Positions 37,308 to 45,075 of a stretch of DNA of 64,000 nt are shown one piece after another; within the stretch, counting starts at the first letter, position 1; every line of letters begins with the position of its first letter. The stretch lies in NCBI GenBank assembly GCA_015063745.1, contig SVTO01000005.1, forward strand, positions 6,990-70,989. The letters run 5' to 3'. The notes beneath the pieces were generated by a model. The model was given only the letters and a program-made list of their open reading frames with translations, did no database searches and had not been told where the DNA came from. This stretch comes from Oscillospiraceae bacterium (GTDB lineage: Bacteria > Bacillota > Clostridia > Oscillospirales > CAG-272). The translations under genes and the position numbers were made by a program.

Positions 37308-37696
37308 TCAGGTATTTCTGCCGAAGAGTGCGAGGGTAAAGCGTTCATAGGCTCTGCGTCGGATGCGGTAGAAGGAGCTGCGTTCGACGTGGAGTTCTTC
37401 GCAGAGGTCATCGATACTGACGCGGGAAGATTTAGCGGCGTAAGCGGTAAGGATGGCTTTTTCATCGGGGTCGAGGGTAGCGAGGGCAAACTCAAGGGCA
37501 CGCACTTTTTTGGCAAGTTTCGCACGATTCTCCGCGGCGGTTTCGTTTTCTTCTTCCCAGTCATTCCGCAGAGCGTTTCTGAGGTAGGGTAATTCCTTCA
37601 GCAGAGAGACCGCCTGTTTCTGGAGGGAGCTATTCTGATCTGTTTTTCGGGTTTTCAGGTTTTTTTTGTTACGTTTGTTCTAATGGTGGGACTCAT
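37308..37696 (-). CDS. ArpU/RinA-like (sigma region-4-like) phage late transcriptional activator, interrupted at an A8 tract
   Basis: ATG 37696 (AAAGGA SD at 9 nt) opens a 13-codon frame that ends at TGA just after A8 (37660-37667). The -1 frame is open from there to 37308. It encodes ..LQKQAVSLLKELPYLRNALRN...LDPDEKAILTAYAAKSSRVSIDDLCEELHVERSSFYRIRRRAYERF. Its only canonical in-frame start is GTG 37505 (65 aa). Confidence 0.55.
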
Positions 37697-37740
37697 CTGC
37701 CATTATCCTTTCTTTTGTATTCTTTTCTTTTTTATACTAC

Positions 37741-37754
37741 AGAACATATGTTCT
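37741..37754. promoter_or_regulatory. LexA (Cheo/SOS) box 2, overlapping the predicted transcription start
   Basis: AGAACATATGTTCT, a perfect palindrome with the Firmicute core GAAC-N4-GTTC. Confidence 0.6.
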
Positions 37755-37762
37755 TGTTCTAT

Positions 37763-37791
37763 AGTATAGCACATGGGGATTCTTTTGTCAA
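37763..37791 (-). promoter_or_regulatory. sigma-A promoter of the phage-cluster regulator gene
   Basis: Minus strand TTGACA-17 nt-TATACT. Confidence 0.65.
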
Positions 37792-37797
37792 TACAAA

Positions 37798-37811
37798 AGA
37801 ACAAATGTTCC
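37798..37811. promoter_or_regulatory. LexA (Cheo/SOS) box 1, 6 nt upstream of the -35
   Basis: Minus strand GGAACATTTGTTCT (GAAC-N4-GTTC). Confidence 0.55.
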
Positions 37812-37827
37812 TTTTGGTTTTTCTACG

Positions 37828-37985
37828 GATGGGAGGACTAAATCGCTATTTTCTTTTTTGTCCTTGGCGGACGGATATTCTTTTACTACTCGATGAGTCG
37901 TGCTATCGTACGTTTTTGGTGTCCTGTGCGGACGGCACTTAGAGAGGCCTGCCAAAGCGAGGCCCCTCTAAGAACTCCCCCGCTT
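37828..37985. repeat. left arm of a ~158-bp inverted repeat
   Basis: By hand alignment ~93% identical to the reverse complement of 38549-38706. Contains an internal hairpin TTAGAGAGGCC..GGCCCCTCTAA and the direct repeat GTCCnnnGCGGACGG x2. Confidence 0.85.
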
Positions 37986-38548
37986 TATTAAGAGCTACGT
38001 TGGTACTGTATTGGTTGTTGGATTGGTCAAAGTAGTGGAGGATGCAAATCAGCGCTGACCGCGGTAGGGGTGCATTAGTGGAGGCATACTGTTGGGATAA
38101 GGTATGTATTAGCCGTGTACAGTGATGTGGACTGGGTGCGGTCTCATCCGTGCTAACCGCGCGAAGACTGAATGGCAGTCCTAAGACATGGCGGTCAGCC
38201 GGAATTTTTAATGCACCCAACCTTGTACTGTAGGCGAACCCACTCTTAGTTTGCACAACCTGTCAGCGGTCAAACTCCCCTATTCATCCCGCGGTCAGCA
38301 CAGATAATCCTTTACTCCACTAATTAACCCAACAAACCCACACCCAACAACCTCTCCCTTTACACCAAGCGGTAGCGTAATCCTTCCTGCACGGCACTTC
38401 GTTCTGTGCACAGACCCACTATCAAACCCAACCAACCGTCAACGGTATACCAAAACCCCTGCACCCTTCGGCGGTTAGCCATAATTGAAAAACGAGATTC
38501 CCAAACCCAAAGAAACAGCAAACCCGAACCAAGAAAACCCTTGCACCT

Positions 38549-38706
38549 AAGCGGGGGAGTTCTTAGAGGGGCCTCGCGTCTGCAGGCCTCTCTAAGTGCC
38601 GTCCGCACAGGACACCAAAAACAAACGACAGCACGACACAAAGAGTAGTAAAAAAATATCCGTCCGCCAAGGACAAAAAAGAAAATAGCGGTTTAGTCCA
38701 CCCCAA
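38549..38706. repeat. right arm of a ~158-bp inverted repeat
   Basis: Reverse complement matches 37828-37985. The 563-bp spacer holds nested imperfect palindromes and 6 copies of GCTGACCGC/GCGGTCAGC. Confidence 0.85.
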
Positions 38707-38744
38707 CTGTGGAGAGAAAAATAAAACGAACCCCCGTAACCCCC

Positions 38745-38773
38745 TTGCAAACCCAATAAAAAAATGGTATACT
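38745..38773 (+). promoter_or_regulatory. sigma-A promoter of the kdgK-like/hydrolase unit
   Basis: TTGCAA-17 nt-(TGg)TATACT. Confidence 0.55.
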
Positions 38774-38826
38774 AAAACCAACCTGAATAAAGACCAACCC
38801 CAAGAAAACAACAGGAGAAAAAATAT

Positions 38827-39858
38827 ATGGTAGTATGTTTCGGAGAATTATTGCTTAGACTTTCCCCCGCAGGCCGTGAACGGCTCGTACAGGCGGAAAC
38901 CTTCGAGGTCCGCTACGGAGGCGCAGAAGCCAATGTCGCCGCTGCTGTAACCATGTTCGGCGGAAAAAGCAGTTACATCACAAAAGTCCCGGATTCCGTC
39001 ATCGGTGAAGCCGCCGTGCAGAGTATCAGACGGTACGGCGTCCATACAGACGGTATTGTCCGCGGCGGAGAACGGCTGGGTGCTTATTACCTGGAAAAGG
39101 GCGCATCCTACCGCCCCTCCAAGGTCCAGTATGACAGAAAACATTCGGCTATTGCGGAAGCAAAACGGGAAGAATTCGACTGGAATACCCTCCTCGACGG
39201 CGCGGATTCCTTCTTCTTTACCGGTATCACCCCCGCCGTGTCCGATCCGGAAATTCTCATGGATGCCCTCCGTGTCTGCAAAGAGCGGGGAATCCGGGTG
39301 TACTGCGATTTAAACTACCGCGCCGCCCTGTGGTCCGCAGAAGATGCCGGACGGGTACTGTCCCGGATGATGCCCTACGTCAATACCTGCGTGGCCAATG
39401 AAGAACACGTGCGCCTGCTGTTCGGTATTACGCCCGACGAAGGACTGGCCGAAGAAGAAGAAAGACTCGGCGATATCGGTAAAAAAATGACGGAAAAATT
39501 CGGCTTTGCCAAGGTTGTCCTGACCCTGCGGGAAAGCATCTCTTCCGACGATAACGAAGTCGCCGCTGTGCTGTATGATAACGGCAGACTGTATAAATCC
39601 TCCCGCTATAAGGTACATATCGTTGACCGTGTGGGCGGCGGGGATGCCCTGTCTGCGGCACTGATCTACAGCGAATCTCCCGATGTGGAGAATAAAGTCA
39701 TCGATCCCGCCGACAGGGAAATGCAGATCGACTTTGCCTGTGCCGCCAATGCCCTGAAGCATTCCATCGAAGGGGATATCTGCGTGGCCGATGCCGGAGA
39801 AGTGAAGAAAACCATGGAAATTGCCAGAAGCGGCGGACGGGTCCGTCTGGTGCGCTGA
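38827..39858 (+). CDS. PfkB-family sugar kinase (2-dehydro-3-deoxygluconokinase-like)
   Basis: 343 aa; ..CFGELLLRLSP......Q...F...YGGAEANVA.....G; C-terminal ..DRVGGGDA.. Confidence 0.8.
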   Translation: MVVCFGELLLRLSPAGRERLVQAETFEVRYGGAEANVAAAVTMFGGKSSYITKVPDSVIGEAAVQSIRRYGVHTDGIVRGGERLGAYYLEKGASYRPSKVQYDRKHSAIAEAKREEFDWNTLLDGADSFFFTGITPAVSDPEILMDALRVCKERGIRVYCDLNYRAALWSAEDAGRVLSRMMPYVNTCVANEEHVRLLFGITPDEGLAEEEERLGDIGKKMTEKFGFAKVVLTLRESISSDDNEVAAVLYDNGRLYKSSRYKVHIVDRVGGGDALSAALIYSESPDVENKVIDPADREMQIDFACAANALKHSIEGDICVADAGEVKKTMEIARSGGRVRLVR

Positions 39859-39880
39859 ACGGCAGAAAACGGAGGAAAAT

Positions 39881-42811
39881 ATGGATTTCATCAAAACCAT
39901 CAAAGACAATGCCTATGCTTATGCCAGCATGCCCTTCTGGAGCTGGAACGATAAGCTGGAGGAAGAAGAACTGCGCCGTCAGATCCGCGATATGAAGCGC
40001 CTGGGCATGAGCGGCTTCTTTATGCACGCAAGAGGCGGTCTGGAAACGGAATATATGTCCGATGAATGGTTCGACTGCATCAAGGTGTGCATCGACGAAG
40101 CCAAGAAGCAGGGCATGGAAGCATGGGCGTACGACGAAAACGGCTGGCCCAGCGGATTCGCCGGCGGTAAGCTTCTGAAAGAAAAACGCAAGCAGGCAGT
40201 GGGTCTGCAGTGCGAAGTGGTAAAGACCTTTCCCTGCGAAGAGGATACCCTCGCCGTATATACCCGCGGTGCGGACGGCAGCTTCACACAGGTAAAAGAA
40301 GACTGCGGCGCGGCGGAGTATTACCATATCTACCGTGAATATTCCAACAGCTACGTGGATACCCTCGACGGCGATATCACCAGAGAATTCCTGCAGCTGA
40401 CCCATGAGGAATACAAAAAGCGCATCCCCGCAGAGGATTTCGGCAAGGCCATGCCCGGCTTTTTCACCGACGAACCCCACCGCTGCCGTGACGGCGTTAC
40501 CTATTCCAATACCCTGCCGGAGATCTTCAAGAATACCTACGGCTACGATCTCTTCCCCCACCTGCCTGCTCTGTTCTATGATTGCGAGGGTGCGGAGAAG
40601 TTCCTGTTCGATTACAATATGCTGACGCATAATCTGTTCATCAACAACTGGATCCGTCCCGTATATGAATGGTGCGATGCCAACGGCGTACAGCTCACCG
40701 GACACGGCTGGGAGGAATCCAACCTGAGAGAGCAGATGGTCACTGTCGGCGGTATTATGGAATTCTACGAATACCAGCATATTCCCGGTATGGACTATCT
40801 GTGCCGCAGACTGACCAACGACATCGGCCCCAAGCAGATCGGCTCCGCCTGTGCACAGCTTGGCAAAAAGATGGTGCTGTCGGAAATGTTCGCCTGCTGC
40901 GGCTGGGACGTTTCTCCCCATGAACTGAAACGTATTGCGGACCTGCAGTATGCCGGTGGGGTCAACCGTACCTGCCAGCATCTGTATCCCTACAGCGAAC
41001 GTGGCCAGCGCAAGCGTGACTATCCCCTCCATTTCTCCGAACATAGTCCGTGGCAGGACGGCATGGTGGATTTCGACCGGCACTATAACCACCTCGGCGC
41101 CGCATTGGCCCAGGGTGAAGAATTTGCCCCTGTACTGGTGATCCATCCCATCCACGGCGCCTTCATGAAGTACCGTCGGGATATGGAAGCTATTATGGAC
41201 CTCGACAGAGAAATGGACAATCTGTCCGACCTGCTGGGTGAACATCAGATCCCCTACCACTACGGTGACGAAAACCTGATGAAGCGCTACGCTTCCGTGG
41301 AAGACGGCAGAATCCGTGTGGGCAAGTGCGTGTATGATTATGTCGTAATTCCCTACACCCATTCTCTGGATAAGGAAACCTGCGACCTGCTGAAGAAATA
41401 CATGGCAGAAGGCGGTAAGGTATGGCTGTTTGCCGATACACCCGCACACATGGACGGTGCCAAGGCGGACATGAGCTGGCTGAAGGCGAACATTACCTTT
41501 GAAGAACTGCTGACATCCAGAGATGTGCCCATCGCATCCCCGGACGGCAAGAACGTACCCGCCCTGCGTAAGATGACCCGTGTTCTGGAAGAAGGCAGAC
41601 TGGTGTTTGTAACCAACCTGACCGCTGTCGAACAGGATGGCGTATCCCTCACCTTCCCGGGCACGGAAACGGTATGCGAGATCGATATCGACACTCTGGA
41701 TATCCTTCCCGTATACGGTGAAAAGACCGCAGAGGGCATTACGGTATATGCCAACTTCGACGATACCGAAAGCCACCTGTACCTGATCGACTCCACCGCC
41801 GCCGATATCCTGCCCGGCAAACCCGCCCGTCCGGCTGCATACATCCCGATTCCCGCCAAGGCTGTCTTTGCCGAAAAACCGGAAAACATGATGATTCTGG
41901 ATATGGTATCCCTTGCCAGGGGGGACGGTGCTTACGATGAACCGCTGTCCCTGTACGGCGTGAAGGATAACCTGCTCAGAGAACAGTACGAAGGGGATAT
42001 CCGCCTGAAGTATACCTTTACGGTAGCGGACGGATTTGTACCGGAAAAACTGAATCTGGTGCTGGAAAACATGGGCCAGAAGCGTGTTCTGGTCAACGGC
42101 AAGGAAGTCAATGTTCTGCCCGACACATGGTGGTTCGACCGCAGCTTCCTCGTGTATCCCATCGCGGAACAGGTGAAGGCCGGCGTGAACGAAGTGGAAG
42201 TTTTCATGCGCCACTATCAGAGACCCCATGTATACTATGTTCTGTACAACGCATCCGCCGGTGCACTGCGCAACAGCCTGACCTTCGATACGGAAATCGA
42301 ATGTGCATACCTGACCGGGGATTTCTCCATCCGCACCGATGCACCCTTCACACCGGACATCCGCAACAGCTTTGTCTACGAAGGCAGCTTTGCTCTGGAT
42401 ACACCGAAGACGGAAGTACGCACGGACAATGTGGTGGAAGACGGATTTACCTTCTTCGGCGGCAAGATGCAGCTTGAGATGCCGTACACATGGAAAGCGG
42501 GAGATCCGACGGTACTGCGTCTGAACGGCCGTTTTGCCACCTGCGGCGTAAAGGTCAACGGCGTATATGCGGGAGAAATGATGTTCAAGCGCACCATGGA
42601 TCTGGCGGCATACCTGAAGGAAGGGGAAAACACCATTACCTTTACCATGTGCAACGCATGGCGTAACCTGATGGGTCCCCACCACCATGCAGATGCCGAA
42701 TGTATCGTTCTCGGACCGAGAGAGTTTACCTACGAAAACGAATGGAACGGCAGAGAATGTGAACGATATAAAGAACGCTATTCCTTTGTACGGTACGGCC
42801 TGGTGATGTAA
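39881..42811 (+). CDS. large glycoside hydrolase-like protein (jelly-roll type; family not assignable by eye)
   Basis: ~976 aa; MDFIK....YAS.PFWSWNDKLEEEELRRQI.DMK..GMSGFFMHARGGL.TEYMSDEWF. Start at ATG 39881 with GGAGGAAAAT SD (the ORF track starts at 39821, inside the kinase gene). Confidence 0.6.
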   Translation: MDFIKTIKDNAYAYASMPFWSWNDKLEEEELRRQIRDMKRLGMSGFFMHARGGLETEYMSDEWFDCIKVCIDEAKKQGMEAWAYDENGWPSGFAGGKLLKEKRKQAVGLQCEVVKTFPCEEDTLAVYTRGADGSFTQVKEDCGAAEYYHIYREYSNSYVDTLDGDITREFLQLTHEEYKKRIPAEDFGKAMPGFFTDEPHRCRDGVTYSNTLPEIFKNTYGYDLFPHLPALFYDCEGAEKFLFDYNMLTHNLFINNWIRPVYEWCDANGVQLTGHGWEESNLREQMVTVGGIMEFYEYQHIPGMDYLCRRLTNDIGPKQIGSACAQLGKKMVLSEMFACCGWDVSPHELKRIADLQYAGGVNRTCQHLYPYSERGQRKRDYPLHFSEHSPWQDGMVDFDRHYNHLGAALAQGEEFAPVLVIHPIHGAFMKYRRDMEAIMDLDREMDNLSDLLGEHQIPYHYGDENLMKRYASVEDGRIRVGKCVYDYVVIPYTHSLDKETCDLLKKYMAEGGKVWLFADTPAHMDGAKADMSWLKANITFEELLTSRDVPIASPDGKNVPALRKMTRVLEEGRLVFVTNLTAVEQDGVSLTFPGTETVCEIDIDTLDILPVYGEKTAEGITVYANFDDTESHLYLIDSTAADILPGKPARPAAYIPIPAKAVFAEKPENMMILDMVSLARGDGAYDEPLSLYGVKDNLLREQYEGDIRLKYTFTVADGFVPEKLNLVLENMGQKRVLVNGKEVNVLPDTWWFDRSFLVYPIAEQVKAGVNEVEVFMRHYQRPHVYYVLYNASAGALRNSLTFDTEIECAYLTGDFSIRTDAPFTPDIRNSFVYEGSFALDTPKTEVRTDNVVEDGFTFFGGKMQLEMPYTWKAGDPTVLRLNGRFATCGVKVNGVYAGEMMFKRTMDLAAYLKEGENTITFTMCNAWRNLMGPHHHADAECIVLGPREFTYENEWNGRECERYKERYSFVRYGLVM

Positions 42812-42964
42812 AAAACAGCCCGCTGCCGGCCATTTCAGCCGGCAGTGAACACAAAGTATATTTATAAAAACCATCGGTATCCCGTTTCACGGAGACAGGA
42901 TGCCGATGGTTTTCATATTTCCCAAAAAATTCCGCAATTTTCCGGAATATTCAAAAAATCCGCA

Positions 42965-42993
42965 TTGATTTTTGCACCGGATGGGTGTATACT
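42965..42993 (+). promoter_or_regulatory. sigma-A promoter upstream of the mgtE leader
   Basis: TTGATT-17 nt-TATACT. Confidence 0.5.
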
Positions 42994-43171
42994 ATATAGG
43001 TATAATTCCATAACAACAGTGAGGTGAGAGAAAGTGAGTCATTGTGATGGCTGTAGTCGAAGTAGACGAGCAAACAGAACCTGTTCCGGCAATGGATCGT
43101 CGGAGAGCCGTCACAGGCGTGCTTTCTGAACCCGCGGACTTTTTCTGTGATGCCGGCATCGGCATTTTTTG
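42994..43171 (+). promoter_or_regulatory. mgtE 5' leader with terminator; possible M-box (Mg2+) riboswitch
   Basis: GAGGTGAGAG, GTCGAAGTAGACGAG and CACAGGCGTGCT segments partly resemble M-box conserved blocks. ATGCCG-GCAT-CGGCAT hairpin plus TTTTTT at 43150-43171. Lies upstream of mgtE. Confidence 0.4.
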
Positions 43172-43246
43172 CTTTTCTGCCTGCCCTAAGCTGTCGTGCG
43201 GAATACAAATCCGCAGCGCCAATTCGATTGAAGGAGGTAAGGAATA

Positions 43247-44719
43247 TTGAAAACAGAAAAAGATATGGAAGAATTGGATGTCCTGGGCGAATCTGCTGAG
43301 TCTGAAGAAGAAACCGAAGAAACCGAACAGCTGCAGATGCCCGATTATGAAGAAGAAATACTGAAAGTGATCCGCAGCAACGCCTCCCCCCGTATGATGG
43401 AGCGGAATCTTTCGGACTACCACCCGAAGGATATTGCAGAAGTATTGCCGGAGCTTACCGATAAGGAACGAAAGAAGCTGTACCGCATACTCAGTGTTCC
43501 CGTACTGACGGAGATTCTGGAATACGGCTCGGAGGACGTGACCGGCGGTTATCTGGACGAAATGGACCTGCCCAAAGCGGCGGCGATCCTTTCGGAAATG
43601 GAAACGGACATTGCGGTAAACGTCCTGCGTGAGATCGAAAGAGGCAAGCGCCTTCTGCTGATCGACGCCATGGATGGGGAAGCGAGACGGGAAGTGGCCC
43701 TGATTGCATCCTATGACGAAGACGAAATCGGCAGCCGCATGACCACCAACTGCATCATCATCCGTGAAAACCTGAGCGTCAAGGGCGCCATGACGGAGCT
43801 TCTGGATCAGGCGGCACGGAACGACAATATTTCCACATTGTTTGTTGTGGACGAATACGGTGCGTTCTACGGCGCGCTGGATCTGAAAAAGCTGATCATC
43901 GCCAGAGAAAACGAAGATCTGGAGCCTTTGATCGTTACATCCTTCCCCTACGTATACGGCCATGAAAGCATTGAAGACTGTATCGAAAAGCTGAAGGATT
44001 ACTCCGAGGACTCGATCCCGGTACTGGACAACAACAACCGCATCCAGGGTGTCATCACCTCCCAGAGCATTATCGAAGTGGCCGATGACGAAATGCGGGA
44101 AGACTACGCGATGCTTGCAGGTCTGACCGCCCGTGAAGACCTGGAAGAACCCCTGAAAGTCAGCATGGGCAAGCGTCTGCCCTGGCTGCTCATCCTGCTG
44201 GGACTCAGCTTGGTGGTATCCGCCGTTGTGGGCGTGTTTGAAAGGGTAGTGGACCAGCTGCCCCTGATTATGGCATTCCAGTCCATGATCCTGGGCATGG
44301 CAGGTAACGTAGGTACCCAGTCCCTGGCCGTTACCATCCGCGTGCTCATGGACGAAAGCCTGACCGCACGTCAGAAGCTGACTCTGGTTTCCAAGGAAAT
44401 CCGCGTAGGTCTGGCCAACGGCTTTATCCTCGGCGTGATCTCCTTCGTTCTGGTCGGCCTGTTCATCTGGCTGGTCAAGAGTAAGGAACTGCTCTTTTCC
44501 TTTGCCGTCTCCGGCTGCATCGGCGTGTCCCTCCTGCTGGCCATGCTCATTTCCAGCGCAGTCGGTACCCTGATCCCCCTGTTCTTCAAAAAAATCAATA
44601 TCGACCCCGCCGTAGCCTCCGGTCCCCTCATCACTACCGTAAACGACCTTGTGGCAGTGCTGACCTACTACGGCATCAGCTGGGCTCTCCTTCTGAATGT
44701 TCTGCAGTTTGTGGCATAA
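43247..44719 (+). CDS. mgtE: magnesium transporter MgtE
   Basis: 490 aa; N-domain, tandem CBS, C-terminal TM domain ..MILGMAGNVGTQS..; ..PLFFKKINIDPAVASGPLITT.ND. TTG start 9 nt after AGGAGG. Confidence 0.92.
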   Translation: MKTEKDMEELDVLGESAESEEETEETEQLQMPDYEEEILKVIRSNASPRMMERNLSDYHPKDIAEVLPELTDKERKKLYRILSVPVLTEILEYGSEDVTGGYLDEMDLPKAAAILSEMETDIAVNVLREIERGKRLLLIDAMDGEARREVALIASYDEDEIGSRMTTNCIIIRENLSVKGAMTELLDQAARNDNISTLFVVDEYGAFYGALDLKKLIIARENEDLEPLIVTSFPYVYGHESIEDCIEKLKDYSEDSIPVLDNNNRIQGVITSQSIIEVADDEMREDYAMLAGLTAREDLEEPLKVSMGKRLPWLLILLGLSLVVSAVVGVFERVVDQLPLIMAFQSMILGMAGNVGTQSLAVTIRVLMDESLTARQKLTLVSKEIRVGLANGFILGVISFVLVGLFIWLVKSKELLFSFAVSGCIGVSLLLAMLISSAVGTLIPLFFKKINIDPAVASGPLITTVNDLVAVLTYYGISWALLLNVLQFVA

Positions 44720-44725
44720 GAATAA

Positions 44726-44820
44726 AGGGGGAGGGAGAAAAACTTTTTGCGAAAAAGCTTTTCTCCCTCCCCCTTTGACCCCCTCCCTTTTTTCAAAAAA
44801 CTTCAGAAAAGGGGATTTTG
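44726..44820. repeat. palindromic intergenic element, type 1, copy C
   Basis: GGGGGAGGGAGAAAAACTTTTTGCGAAAAAGCTTTTCTCCCTCCCCC plus the CCCCCTCCCTTTTTTCAAAAAACTTCAGAAAAGGGG module. Confidence 0.8.
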
Positions 44821-44847
44821 TGGAAATATTAAGGTTCTGCCGCAAGT

Positions 44848-44934
44848 CCAAAAGTTTTGATCCAACTTTTTCAAAAGTTGGCAGGGATCGAAGGGACAGA
44901 GTCCCTCGTCGAGCTCCGCAGAGCTCGAAATACC
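44848..44934. repeat. palindromic intergenic element, type 2, copy G (inverted relative to F)
   Basis: Reverse complement aligns with 16204-16285 (TCGAGCTCTGCGGAGCTCGA, GAGGGACTCTGTCCCTTC, CAACTTTTGAAAAAGTTGGATCAAAACTTTT). Confidence 0.75.
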
Positions 44935-45017
44935 CAGGACACAAAAAAGTTCTTTTTTGGCTTCTTTTTTCCTCGTTAAAGGAAAAAGAAGCACTATATC
45001 TCAGATCAAAACAATAA

Positions 45018-45072
45018 GGGCGTGTCGCAAATTACATTTTCCAACGTAAATGCGACACGCCCTTTTGTTTTG
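45018..45072. terminator. bidirectional terminator between mgtE and asd
   Basis: GGGCGTGTCGCA-loop-TGCGACACGCCC with T-runs on both strands. Confidence 0.7.
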
Positions 45073-45075
45073 TTA

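Larger units (their letters stand above)
24607..37811 (-). mobile_element. compact phage-like head-tail gene cluster (GTA-like particle locus or domesticated/defective prophage); no integrase, replication or lysis genes recognised
   Basis: 19 co-oriented, tightly packed ORFs with strong AGGAGG SDs, running from a LexA-boxed promoter (37741-37811) to a fibre-like gene ending 67 bp from the radical SAM gene. Confidence 0.75.

Noticed and set aside
37163-37564. 133-aa Pro/Ser/Leu-rich ORF overlapping the regulator gene
   Set aside because: It is an alternative frame of the ArpU-like gene. It is low-complexity and runs through the terminator at 37236-37282.
37828-38706. Inverted-repeat element interpreted as an IS element, transposon or retron
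   Set aside because: No transposase, recombinase or reverse transcriptase ORF lies inside or adjacent. ORFs 37939-38256, 38360-38641 and 38406-38648 lack SDs and look non-coding. It is kept as an unexplained repeat structure.
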